DNA of 64,000 nucleotides from Lingula anatina. Taxonomy: Eukaryota; Animalia; Brachiopoda. Location of the stretch: positions 6,828,954 to 6,892,953 of the forward strand of contig CM120644.1 of NCBI GenBank assembly GCA_051362555.1. Reading direction: 5' to 3'. Positions 31,619 to 45,799 of the stretch are shown one piece after another; the first letter of the stretch is position 1, and each line of letters begins with the position of its first letter. The translations under genes and the position numbers were made by a program. The notes below the pieces were generated by a model. That model searched no databases. It worked only from the letters and a program-made list of their open reading frames with translations, and had not been told where the DNA came from.

Positions 31619-34600
31619 CCTGGCTTTCAACTCGTCCCCGGGGGTCGGGGAGGTTCAGCTGTAAACAAACAGAAGACGACCCACTGTGTTGAACTCCCAT
31701 TTAAATACGCAGTCACAGCGTTCTCGAGGGCCATACAGCATTCAACTCTCTTGGTAAATTGATTTGATTGCCAGTATGCTGTTTTAATGGCATGCGTGTA
31801 GAATTCTGTCGGGAGCAAATGTAAAGGATCGGGTGGCATTGCGCTGTCGTACTGGTGTTTTTTATGAGAATGCTTTGACCTTTCGAGAGCTGCGTGAAAC
31901 GTGACGTAGTATACGGCGGAATACCTGGATTTGGGAGGCACATTACTGAATTTTAAGCCGTTAGCAACAAGCATCGCCTCGGGTGCGTTTGTTAGTTTAT
32001 GGTAAATTGTACAACTACAAGGCTGAAACGTTGGTGCAATTTCTTGGAAAACGTCGAACGTGTGCATCCTACCTTAACAAAACTAGTGAAGGCTCAATTT
32101 TTGTTATCTGTAATTTTCACAATAAAAGATGAATATTTGACTGAACTTGCCCACCCCCCACAAGCTCCCCTTAGTTCTAATCCTCTTATTAAAAGTCACA
32201 CGTCAATTTCGCCATTTTAAAGATCAGATTTCTGGCGAGACTGTGACTTTGGTCGATGTCCTATATTCAGTGCGGGGGTTTATTTTTTTGCGGATTGTGC
32301 ATAATAACATTTTTGGCAGAAAAAAAGAAAGAAAAGACCAAATTAGTAAGGCACACGTAAAATCAAAGAAGAAGTGGTGATTTTTTTTACAGTCAGCATT
32401 CCTCGATCGCTAAAATCGTAGCTAACAGATAAAAGTATTCGTTAGAAACTACATGTAAATGCTGATCTTACAGTCTCGATATGCACCCGCCGGTATATCT
32501 TATGAATGACCCGTTACATTAATTCACATCTTACAGAATATATAACCAAACACATATAATTTTCATAGATATAACAAGCACGTTTGCGGGTCGTGAACTA
32601 TTTCATTTTTCTTTATATGCAGAGAACGCTGCGACCCTCTTTACATAAATGGCAGTGCACATACATTAACAGCTGCAGGTAGATTGTTGTATACATATTT
32701 TTAAAATCGTATATTTCACTTTGGGTAGATGTACATGTAGGCATTAAGCAACTAGAGCCATGAACTATTGGCACAGTCAAAATTTAACATTGTCGGCCTA
32801 AGAATACATGCGACGCGAAATAACAGTTCTAGTCTTTTAAGCATTAGACAGAGTGCATTAATACACTGAAAGACGAGCAGTATCACGACAACCCCTCCAC
32901 TTCTCCTCGACACCCTCACAGTTCATTATGCAGATTTAATTTTTTCTGTCACTGCCTGCGCGCGTTTTTCGACGCAAATCACGCGAAGTTCTCATGTGGC
33001 ATTAGTATGTTTGCTACGAGGGCCGAGTGACGTAGTCTATTACCGTGATCGCTGGGGAAGAGAAGCCGTGTGCAAAAATACCGATATTCTCTTGCTGGCA
33101 ATTTAGTCTGTAATGTGACATAAGATGAAAAGCAGTTGGAGTAGGGCAGAGAGAGAGAGAGAGAGAGAGAGAGGTTAGCAGGAGTATGATGAAAAGTCTG
33201 ACCGACAAAATTTGCTAAGGCATACATTTTTAAAAAGAGCATTTTTTTCTTTGCAGATATATATTTCAGTACGCCTTAAATTATCTCCGGGCTAATTCCG
33301 CCATACTTGGCAATTGCACAATTCTTTTTATTTTTTTCTAAAAACTATCGAATGGCAGTTATATCACAAACAATACGCCTTTGCAGTACTTTGTACAAAG
33401 GTTATGGCCGAAGCAACACGCGATATTTCAAGATGAGAGAAAAAAATAAAAGAAACCTAATTCACAGATGTTAAATTTCGTAAGCGGCTGGTTAACAAGA
33501 TGCTCACGGAGAGAAGGAGAGAGAAAAAAGGCAGCGGAAGACGTGTTAAAATTTCGCTGCAAAAACCTATTATTGGGTTGCGTTACGCTTATCGGATCCG
33601 AGCTCGATTCGATTATGTTCGGCAATGAGCATCACTTTAAACACTTGAAATGAGGTCAGACGAACGCTGAGAGATCTCCCTCTACGGGGTAAAGATAAGG
33701 ACGCGCAGTGATTGCAATCTTGCTACTTCCCCAAATATCATATTCTTTTCACTGTGAAATGTCCCGATACATGCAAGGACCCAATATTCCTTTGGCACTT
33801 AAAAAATATTAAAATTTATTAAGGATACAGCTGTTTAAAATTCAATAAGTTGGCAACCTTGGTCTATAAATATGACTGAAACTAAGGTACGAAAATGCTT
33901 TTTCTAGTCTGTTATTCCACAACTGCTTATTAGCAGAGATAGAGAGAACTGCACAGGCATATTTGAAATAGAGGAAAATATACATAGTCCATCGTGGCAA
34001 TAGAATATAATTTCCCACACAAAAAAATCTTCTGACCCAAGCACAGCCGTAAATTGGTCAAGATGTTACCCTGTACTCACACCAGTTTCCTCTTTTATTC
34101 ATTATCTAATACACAATGCCATTAAAACAATAGAGAATGCGTCACTTCGAAAATCAGGGTACAAATGGAGCTGATAAAGAAGAAAATCGGCGTCAAGGGA
34201 CATTCACAGTGCCCGTATACGACGCATCAACGGTTGGAGATCTGCCATCGATCCAGATAGCGCCTTGAAAAATTATGTCGCCGCGACGAGACAAAAAAGG
34301 AGCAAAGGCTCGACGAAAATCAAATTTCGTTGTCTAAACCTGACGAAACACAGAGAATCTTTGCAATATCCAGATGTTGTAATTCACGAAGAAAAAGTGG
34401 TAGAAAAAGAAGAGTCCGTCTACCCGACTGCTGTAGTGGATAAGATATTTATGTTTTTCTTTCCTTTTCCGTTTTCTTTCTGATTTTTTGCGGTTTCCCA
34501 CATAGCCATACCACAGAGAACTCAACCAAAAAGAAAAAGAACTATCTGAACATCCACACGAATTACACCAAAAATCCATAGGAAATATACCCGTCAAAAG

Positions 34601-35974
34601 AAATTGACATTCCATGTTTGTTCTTTTTTAATTTAAAATATTCTCGTCCCTTCTTTTTTGTAATGTAAATCCTTCACATCCATACGTGGCATATTAGAGT
34701 TCTGGAAATTAGACTTATTTCCCCATCTCTCCAATCTCCTAGTAACTACCTCACATTAGATCAAATAGCGACAGCAGGGTCCAGAATTGCTGGCGAAACA
34801 GTTGCGGTTCCAATCGACCCGTAATCAACAAAATTAGAACATTTTAGAAATATGTTTACGTGTAGTTTCCTTCCCTGGATAAGATACGTATACACCGAGG
34901 TTCCGTGTAGGCAGCGGGCTCCATAACTATTCCATCTCCATCAGAAACGAAATTGGACAGATATAATATTTAGCAGAACTAACCCACTTCTGTGAAAAAC
35001 GGTGGTAGCTTTTACACATTCTTATAAAACAGAATTTGACAAAGGACAGCCCAACCAAGTAATTAATCTTCAGCCACACTGTGCCAGGACAGTCCAGTTG
35101 TTTTCTAAAATTGTCGAAAAAAATCCTGTCGTCATCTTTCCCAGTGTAAAGCAGAGGAAACAGCACCACCCACTATAGCTTCATTTCTTGTAATAATCTT
35201 TAATTTTTTTCTTCATCGGCCACAGGCGTCTCTTTTGCCCTTAGGTATTCGTAGCTGTACAGAAGTGGCGAGCAGTCGTCAACAAGACGGCGGGAGATCG
35301 TTTGAGGACACCCCCGCTCTCATCTTGCGGGGTCGCCGCAATCAGGCTGATCCAGGGATAAGAATTGAGGGTAAATCGCAGTCAATTTTGCAATCTCCGA
35401 GATAATAATCGTTTCGCATGTTTTGCGTGTTCCTGCGGTGGCGACATTCGGCTGCTGAGAGAAATATCGATCTTCTGCTAGCCGGCGTGCCCTTGAACCG
35501 AGCAGAAATGACTGAAACACAGCCAGAGTTGTTTTATCCTCTTCGGAGCCACTTAGAAGGAATGATACGCACTTTCTTATTGGTTCTGTTATCTCCTTTG
35601 ACCGATCGCCATCAGTTAAATTATACTGTGTCATTCGGTTGGGGAAATAATAAGCAGGCCAACGTAGCATTTAAAACATCTTCATTTCCAGTGAATCGTT
35701 TTAAGAAAACGAAATTCCAACAGTAGTCACTTGGGAAGGCACTGACAATGATTACGTTGGCTAATATGTCCTTTCAGATCAATGCGTTACATATATTGGT
35801 TCGGTTCCTAAATAGGCTCTGAGCGCGAAGACGATGGGCGAATTGCGACTGACAACCGACATTTCACTGCGTTGTTTAACGTTTTTAAATTAAATATCGA
35901 TTGCAAGGACTGACGTGGAAGCTTTAAATGTTACGCCGCAGCGGTGGCTAATTATTGGATTGCGTGAGCAAACA

Positions 35975-36091
35975 TCTATCTCCCTTGCCTCTCCTATCTA
36001 ACTTCCCTTCTGGATATATTCTTCCCTGCCCCTCCATCTGAGTCCCCTGTCCCTTCCTCTCCCCTCTCTTATTCTCTCTCTCTATCTATCG

Positions 36092-36122
<31 letters not shown>

Positions 36123-36252
36123 CTTAATTCTTATCTCTCCTACTCAACCAAACACGCACACAGTGACACACATGCACAGTTTCACAAACGCACATGCACA
36201 CACACACACATGCACACACACACACACACATGCACAACGTCGGCTTCATCTA

Positions 36253-36290
<38 letters not shown>
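35975..36290. repeat. Polypyrimidine tract followed by interrupted (CA)n tracts
   Basis: Read directly. Confidence 0.9.
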
Positions 36291-37007
36291 TTATACTGTA
36301 TCGGCTTAAACCCATTTCCTCTCTCGCTGGGATCAACAGCATCAATATTTATGCCTACTATGAGATTATTTTCCACAACTCAGCATGTGCTTATTTTCAA
36401 CTTTTTCGGTTCATTTACTGACCCATTTTTATAGCCTTCACACGCAGAGCGCTTGCCAGACGTCCTTACCAGCATGAAAAACACAACTTCACTTCGACGA
36501 AAAAAAAAATGAAATAATAATACTACGAATGTCAGAAAAAAAGATTGTGAAGGACGAAGAGTTCTAGCGTGACGCGTCAATCAAACGGCGCCGAAATACA
36601 CATGTATATTTTAGGCAAATGTTGCACAGTGGTTTTAGACGTGATTATAAAGATAAACGTAACCGCGGTATATATGCATTGCCCGGCCTGATCAACTTCA
36701 CGACTTTGACCTAGTACAACACACTGAAATAACAGCTCTTCCAGACTTAAAATATGCGACCTACATGCACAAACAGTGAGCACTTTACACAGAGGTTCTC
36801 CTTCAGGTCGATTAAATCTCCACGGCACTGGCTTTTCCACTTTCAGACACTGCGGAGAATTGTTATTCTCCATGAAGCGTTAACGTAACCTTCATTGTAA
36901 AGCGTGGGGCTTATTGTGTACTCAAAGCGGCTCGAGTTATTACGCACACCGCCATTTTGAATTTAGATTACGGTGATATATGAGGGGAGCTAACAGAATT
37001 TTCTCAC

Positions 37008-37213
37008 CTGAATAATTGCACCTTCCGACGCTCAAATCTTGAAGCCAATACGAATTTTTGTAGATCTTCCTCTCCTCTTCCTGGCTGGTGTATTTCTAAA
37101 TCCGCCCAGAATCGCTGGGGGGCTGTAGCACCGAAAATTCGAAGAGTCTCGGCTCGTTTTTCTCACTGCCGCTTATCGTAGTCCAAGGCAGTCTATACAA
37201 TAGGTCACGTGAC
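37008..37213 (-). promoter_or_regulatory. Candidate distal promoter and non-coding first exon (37167 to 37008) of a minus-strand transcript, probably BMI1-like
   Basis: E-box GTCACGTGAC 37204-37213; TATAGA starting at 37197, 30 nt upstream of an Inr-like GCAGT (A at 37167); ATG-free 160 nt; donor CAG|GTGAGA at 37008/37007; YY1 motif at 36949-36959. Confidence 0.5.
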
Positions 37214-40200
37214 TCGCTTGTTATTTATTCGTTTCTGACCACGGTTACTCCCGTAACAGCTGGCTGTACGGCAAAGCGCTGAAGACGTCGGCACGCAAAT
37301 TAGAAATAAACGAACCCTATGCAGTCCGCGGCCCTGGCACGGTTCTCTTCTTTTCCTCTACCCCGTCCCCTCCCCGTCTGGCTCTTGTTAAACAAGGTCT
37401 GTTTTCATAGGTTGTAATGGTCGGTTCCTATATTAAAGTGTAGCGCCAGCTTCTCCTACCACTAGTAAATGCTTTAATCGGAAGCATTGCGCCGCGGTCG
37501 GGTTTCTTTACTCTAATGCCACGTTGCCGGAGCTTTCTGATCGATGGATTCTGTGCAGTGAAGAAATCGATTTTTGAATTAGGATTTTTCATTAATATAG
37601 ATCATCAAATCATGACGCTCTGACGTTGGAGGTATGCATCACCCGTTCTTCACTCGCCAATCTTAATTGGATAATTTTACATATCGCTACCAAATCGAAT
37701 ATGAATATCAATCCCGCCTATTCGGCGCTGCACTTCATATATATTTTAACGCGTGTGTCATGAATAATTAGCTTTTTAGAACCCTCTGGAGAGTTCGTAG
37801 AAAAACGAAGTAGGAAAATAGAAAAAAAATATTATTCGTGACGCCTCATATAGCTTGCATGAGCACGGCCTCTGGGGTATTTTTAACCTGCGACGTCAAA
37901 TATCCTGATTTTAACTGACGCTCTTCGCCAGCTGTGTGATTTACTACCCGATCTCACTTCAGTGAAAATGCCTTTTTTCCTGAATGTTAAAAATCTAATG
38001 TATTTTTCTCCGATATCTGAGTGAACTCGACTTTGCGCTAGCTACTTCAATGTTGTGAGACGGTGTGTTTTATCGCATTCGCCAATCTCATCAACCAGAG
38101 AGGAGTGCGTGTGTGCGTTGGAGAGATAACGAGACCCTAGCTTAGGATTTCTGGATTTCACCCGAGATGGAACTGCGTAAATGAAATATTAATTTAGAAG
38201 GGCTCCTGTCGGTGGGAAATTGCAAAATTATAAAAAGATTAGTCACAGTGAAAAAGAACCGGGTCATGAATTTGTAACGACAATGCTTGGATTATTATTT
38301 TGATCAATTATTCATTTTCTCAGAGATCAAGCGAAGATCGTTTTCAGACTTGTCCGTCGCCGCTGTTGAATTACAATATCAGCCGTCTCCCAAACGTTTC
38401 ACATCAAATTCAAATAAGTCTCGTCTGCCATCGTGTTCACAAGTCGCTTCATTCATTTCATACGTCAACCTCTGTCCTCGCTCGACTCGGCGCACAAACT
38501 GAAAGCGACTCCTTTACCAGGTTTATTTACAAGTATATTTTTTCTCCCTTCTCGCCGTGACCCGCATGTATTTCTTCGCTGTTTGGCCCGAGGGAATGCT
38601 AAACATGCCGATTCATTATCGTGACTGCCGGCCGTAAGGGGAGACGTATATGAAATGGGGTCCCCAAGTCGTTAAGTACATTTAAATTAAGCAGCTATAA
38701 AAAATTGCGTGTCCGCCGCGGTTGGTGATTACTGCCTGTACGCAGCGTTGAAATATTGCCAGAAATTTTTTCTTCTATTTTGGTAATTTATTTTAAAAAT
38801 TCGCCTGTGGATACGTGGCTTAAGCCGATGCAAATTTAGAAGCCTATCGCAGTTTGGATTTTTCGTTGAAAAAATATCGGATAAAATCTATAATTCCTGT
38901 TAAGGGAATAATGGAAATTTGCTACTCAGACGTGGTTTGTTAACGTTAGTACAGCTTCTACGCAGAGTTGAGACGTTGCCAAAGCAAATTTCATTCTCTG
39001 ACAACTCTAACGGTTATAAAATTTGCTAGTCCGAATTCGTGTGTAATTTTTGTCCGCGTTTGTTTTTGAAACATTGCCAGGGCCTAAGCGTCTGTGTGTA
39101 TAGTAACGAAATTACGCAGAACGGGTTAGTTTGGGAAGGGGATTACATCGGTCGTTTTTATCAGCTCCCGTAGCGCTGACTGCAGCGAGCAGAAGGAGGG
39201 ATTTAAAATGCCATTTGTTTCATCATGACCATATTACGATAAGATAAAAGCATATATCAAAGCCTTTTGATTCACTGCATGTTTAATTATTGTTTCATCT
39301 TTATTTATTCTAAAATTAATTGATATTTTGCATGATGAGGGTTGGTTTATCATGCGTTGTTTTGAAATTCGTTTACATATTCTGTATAGCATATTTCATT
39401 TGAACTATTTTCTAAAATATACTCCATAATAGAATCCCCCCTTGTCATATAATTCATGTGGGTAGTTAATGTGATAAAATGGACCAGTTGAACCTTAACG
39501 CAAAAAAGGAAAAAAATCGACCCATATCAAAGAAAAATTTTCCCTAGGATGAATATTGAGATTCAACCCGCAGGCGCTACCGCCTTTGAATTTATATAGG
39601 CTGACGAAGTTTTCGTAATTATCTCTCGGCTAATCAGCCTCTCTAGAGCTTTAATGGATGCAATTGAAGTGCAGCTCGGAGAATTAAACAGAATATCGGG
39701 TCAACGACGCAGCGCTCTAGTTCGCTTCGTTTTCTGTTTTATTACGACTTGATTTAAGAGACACTGGTAGGCTGAATAAGTTATTTTCTTACGTCTCTCT
39801 TTTTGTCCAGAAACGAACCTTTAGGATGTCATGTGAGGTTAGATTGATCGCAGAGTCTACGTTTGTAATTAAAATCTTTAAATTAAGAACAACCCTCTTT
39901 TATCTGCAATAAAAACCGGCTATTTTACGCAGTGAATTTATACTTGTTCACTTGAAATTGATGTGAAACAGAAAGTTGATGTACGGATTTATCCTCAACA
40001 TTTTTATCCGGTGCGAGCGTGACACAGGTCATATATAGCCTCCATTGCGACGTACTTAGCAGCAAAATCTTTTCAATGTTTGTTTTCTGTAGCAGACAAA
40101 TCTAAAAAAAAATCACAGAGTTAAAGAGCCTGTCATATGGGGCTTTTGAATGCTTAGAGAACGAATTTTTGCCCGCCCTCTCCTCCTTCAAAATTAAAAC

Positions 40201-43200
40201 CTTGACAATATTTAACAGTCATCATCAAATTCATACATTAGTGTTAATGAGATATAGATATCGCAGCCCTTTCCTTTGATACACATTTGTGGAAATGGAC
40301 AAAAATATTTCTACAAGCTGTCGCAAATAACGCCAGTTGCACAAGTGAATTATTACCGAGACCTTTCTTCTTCTATCAGTTCGTAGAAGAGAATAAAATC
40401 GGACTATTATACAGGCTGTACATTATCGCTTTCTCTCTGCAGAAGTATCGATTGAGTATTTTCTTCGCCGGTCGCGGTGTATTTCAATTGTAACTATCGT
40501 GTTGTTTTTCTACCACTTCACTGCAGTAAAGGCAGATTAAACAAATAATGCTTTATCACAGGGAATCGAATTTAAGAGTGCCCTGTCTCGCGCTAGATGA
40601 CTTTCGCTTCATTTAACCCGACACGAATCAAGGCTAGGGAGCATTTCAACCAATGATTAATTGTGAAGTAGAATAGGATATCCCTGTTTGAAAATTTCAC
40701 CTTTTTTAGAATAAAATTGACATCTGGAGGAAGGTCTCTGTAGACCTGATTATAAAAACTGGAAGGTAATTGCAAACATATTTTTGAAACCCGCAGCGTG
40801 GAATTATTGTGATTTATAGTAATATTATATCAAATTTACAACTGGGCAAAAAATAAGCCATATCGAAAAATAGGTGTATTAATGGTGAGATATCTGGGGC
40901 TTAAATTAGCCGAAACATCAGTAAAAGACATTTTTGTAAACCGCGAGATCAAATAATTACTCCTTATTTACCGTAAAGATAAACAGTGGGAAAAGACATT
41001 GAAAAATTAATGAGAATTTACGTTAATAAAACATGAGATCTTTACATTCTCAATCTCAATCTCAATCTCGTACTTCAGGGCGATAAAACAATATCTTCCT
41101 TACTGGGATTGCGTCTTAAAAGACTGACGTGCATTGTTTTCCATTTTCAGAGCTTTTTTGCCTTTTCTGCTGGTAATTATACAATATTAAACACTCCGTC
41201 TGGAGTAGGTAAGAGACTACTAGAGGTAAGAGACAACAGAAGCGAGAGCGAATTAAAACTAATACGGAGAACTGCATCACACTCTCCTTATCGTCAAAAG
41301 AGTTCAAATTTTGATGTTGTCAGCGAATATCCCGTTGCCGGGTGTATATTCGATACGTCACTATGCGTCAAATAAAAACTCAAGATTGATATACAGTGTC
41401 TTTACATTTCAGTTTATCATATCCCGCCCTTTAACATTTATGTCCTCTGCTCTCTACATCGGCACGCAGCCAATAGTTCACGTAAGCTTTAGTTAACCAC
41501 TGATTACAACACCTTTCTTATGCGCTCTTTATATACCCAATGCCAAACAAACCCGCCTAAATTATATTTATATGACTAGATTGTTAACTGCTTGAAAACA
41601 GAGTGACTAATATAACCGCGTTGGTGAAAATCACGCCTTTTTTCTTCGGCTCACCATGCATAAGCTTTTTGTGTTTTGTATACCTTTCGTGACTTGACTG
41701 TTAATGAAGATAGTTGGAGCTCTAGCGTACATCTATATGACGTCTCTCGTTTCGAGAAGGAAAAGCTGAAAAAAAAAAAAAAAAAAAAAAAACGGGTTTG
41801 CAAAAAAGAGCACAGAAATTGCTTTAATCAAATCCTTGCTTAACGACAATAACTTCATTCTTGGTTTATTAAATTTTGAGTAACTGTAAAGGAGAAAAGA
41901 CAATATATGTATTTCTACCTGAATATAATCCAACACAAACAAATGCATTTGATTTAATAGAGAGAGATTTCTTACTACAGATCTTTTTGATGACTGAAAA
42001 CGAATTAGGATTCGCTATGTGGGGTACCGTTAACTTGTACTTAAATACAGCTATTTACTTTATTAGAAGTTTGACGTGAGGGACAGATAAATGCCCTTTT
42101 AGAGATTCCACGAATCCCTATATAGGCGTAAATAGACACAGTGACATTTAAAAACCGAATATTGTGCAGTTCATGAAACTGAATGCCATATAAAGTTCCA
42201 ATTAATTGTTCTGTGACATTTAAAGGGCGAAAACGATTTTGCAGGTGTATGCGAAAATGTTAAAGTGCTACTTTTTGTAGCTGGAATGACACCTGCGGCC
42301 ATTTTAATTTCTAGTGTTACAATTTTTAACGTTATTCAGAGGCAACGGGCGATATCATGAAATTAACTGAGAATAATTATCTTGGTTGGTCAAAGATTAC
42401 TTCTTGATAACCTTGATTTATTTGACACTGAATATGAAAATACCAGAGAAAAGATTATTTAAGCTCGGAAAGATCTGTTAAGACCCAAATTTAAAAGTTT
42501 TAAAAATTTAGAAACAATTATCAGTTGTGAGTATATGTCTATAAATTAATCTAATTAATTAAGCAGAGTCTCATACAGTAGGTTAGCTATTATATATATC
42601 TGGCAGAATATTACCGGGGAATATTGTCATCATTTAAATTTTAAATTCCTCCCTGTCCTCTATAAATTCACAAGAACTATATCAAAATTTAGCGCTTTTT
42701 GTATTCTACAGTCTTTGAGTGAAAATCAAATCAAATTGAAATCATAATTTTTTCTCTTTGCGTGTTTTGACGGAAAAACAAAAATCATATATCAGTAATA
42801 CTCTATATTTGAAGCTATAAATCCAGTGACATTGACTTCTTTATTTAAGAAACGAATTGAATTAAATTTTGGTGAAAGCTAAAATTAAAATTAATTTTAT
42901 ATGGTAGTCAAAAATCCTTTTGACAAACAGTTTAGTACGTAAGATAAACATACCGGTTGAAGATATCAATTCTTAAAAATATGAATGCTACTAAAGACAG
43001 TTACGCACAAAAAAATTACCGTTGTTATATGGTAAGGTACACTTATTCCTTTCGTGACCGTAGTATTGATTTCCAGCACAAAGAATGATGCGACTTACTC
43101 ATGAGTGACGCACCATTGTAAGGGCGCCACAAAAAATCAGGAAAGTTTGTTGTATTTTTTCACATGACTCAAGAGGATACATCTATTTTCCGCTTCTCCT

Positions 43201-45762
43201 ATTGTCCGTCTATGAAATCAACAAAATGTCCAGTTTCAACGAGATATGTATATTATCGTGAATAACTAAAACTGCTTTCAGTACACACGAACTTTTTCAC
43301 TTAAGAAAAAAATCATTAGCGCTGCCAAAGTCAAACAGATGGTACGGGATCTACACGAGTGACACGCAAGGGGAGCGTGAGAGAACGCGCAGACGACATT
43401 GAAACCCGCATCCTCTCCATAGCTTGCATTTTTCATTGTCTGCGATATTGGTTATTTCACATCTCAAAATTCTTCTATTTTCTGCATAATCTTTATTATT
43501 GCTTTCAATGATTTTATTCATTTTTATCATTTTTAGAAAAGCACTTAGCTATTTTTGGTTGCAAATTAAGGCCACATTTATGGGAAAATTAATAAGTAAA
43601 TGAATGAATAGAATGATTAAGATGCATGTGAAGAAAAGCGAAAATTGGAATGTTGTACGTATATTTCTTCGATTACAAAATCTAAAAATACTGCACGAAC
43701 GGAATGCATATTCACTGTTCTTTTTCGTGCATTTATGGAAACGAAAACATTGTTTTACTGTTAAGATTTTTAAGGAGGAGGAAGGGAGGTGAATTTAAAG
43801 TCCATCGAACACATTCTATTTCTTTATAGAAACTCGGATCTTTAAATCCTGATCAATTATGTATAATATAGCAACCTAATTATTTATCAATTTAACAGTT
43901 AGTCTAGTTTTCTATCCAAAATGTGACAACAATTTACAAAGCTGTAATCCCATCGAAGTAAAAAAAAAAAAATCAAAAAAGAGAAAACAGGTCATCCGCC
44001 GCGTAATAGCCTTTTGTTCGCCATGTATACGAAAAGACGTTGATAGTAATAAAATTTTTATTTATATTAAGGAGGATGTAAAGAATAAATGGCACAGAGG
44101 TTTGGTCTTAGAAAATTTGAAAAATATTTTCAAAGCAGCAGAATGCTTGATTCTTTAAAAAATTCCATAAAAGAAAATTTGATATGCCTGGTAAAAATGA
44201 ATCTAATTTTATTCCGTAAAAGAAAGCTGAAGCAGTTGCAGGTAAATAACCAAATACGCAGTGCGTGATCATCTTCAGAGAAGGAAGAATTGTTTTATAA
44301 ATTGTTACCATTTTACACAAAAAGGAATTATCAGAATTGTGAAGAAATAAGTTGCACGTGGTTTTAGTAAGTCGCAAGAAAGAGCACAACATTGCACAGA
44401 GACGAAGTCAGATGACAGAGCAGAACATTCTCAAAAATATCCACAGGAAGGTCGAGAAAAATGAAAAGGGAAAAATATTGCCAAAATTGAATAATTAAAG
44501 ATAAATAAATAAATGTATATATAAATGAACGAACAGCTAAATAGATGAATAACATAAAATTGTAGAATTAAAAATGAATATAAATCAGAGTGATAGATTA
44601 AATAGTTGTTAAGACAAAAATGTTGCATTTTAGTTCTGAAGAAATATTTGTCTGTTTGAATGAGCGAAGAGTGTTCTGTGGGAGTAAATTAAATCTTCCA
44701 CGTGTATTTATACTAATTCTCAACCCCATGTTTTTACGCTTATTGACGACATTACTTATGATTCATTATCGTTGAACGAATTCGAAATGCTAACCATCCC
44801 TTTACTTTTAACTCGGATGTAAGTGACTTATAGATCTCCCGATAAGCGGGGTATCCAGGCATTTTGATAACGTGAATGAAGGAAATTCACCCCGGTATCA
44901 GCACCTCGGTATCAGCACAGGCACTAGACGCACGGAGGAGCCACGCTGTCGGGAATAATAATGCTCCGACTTAACTATTGTATGTTCTCTTACATAATTT
45001 AGACAATCGACTCCGCCTTACAGGAGGGCCCGTGTCACACGGGTTTTATGAACGAGGGTTCTACATGAATAAAAGTGTCTCAAATGACCATCCAGTGCTG
45101 ACGGTGCCTTATGATTAACGAGGGAGTCGCACTTCAGCGCACGACAGATTTGTTGTCAGTCCCAGCAGTAGCCTTCGTACTCCCTGTGGCTTTAAAGTGT
45201 AACCCAATATATGCCCATATATATGTGTCTGTGTGTTTGTGTGTCTGGAATATACAAGGCACAATGAAAATTAATCTGACTCTTGTTGAACTGAAATGAC
45301 CCCGTTATACATTGAAATTCTATTTTGAAAAACAAAATAATAATAAAGAAGAGGTGGTGGTGGTGGTGATGGGGGGGGGGGGGGGGGGAGGGGGGAGGGC
45401 AAATGTATGTCTTATACGGTCGAGAAAAACGGACGTTTTATTGGGTTTATTCTAAACTGTTACCCCATAAAAATGAGAGGTGCAAAATATCGTTAATTTT
45501 GTTAACATGCTTGTTATACTTATCTCATTGTACAGTTGATTATTTGTCCTTCGATTTGAATTAAAATCCTCGTTATTTTCTCTGTAATAAAGGGGTAGCT
45601 TACAAAGTAAAAGCTAAAAAACATGGAAATAATAGGATAACTTCATATAATAATTTGTTTCGTAGGATTTTTTAAATTAATTCATAAAATGCTGCAATAA
45701 CGTTTAGAAAAGTTATGAAAGTTGATAACACAAAAAACTCTTTTAATAAATATAGTATTTAT

Positions 45763-45799
<37 letters not shown>

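Noticed and set aside
31627-32067. 146-aa minus-strand ORF
   Set aside because: No recognisable domain or convincing splice context; BLASTX would settle it.
35320-35726. Overlapping 116-aa and 102-aa ORFs
   Set aside because: Expected by chance in a locally GC-rich island; no homology recognised.
44893-44918. CGGTATCAGCAC direct repeat x2
   Set aside because: Simple slippage duplication with no further copies.
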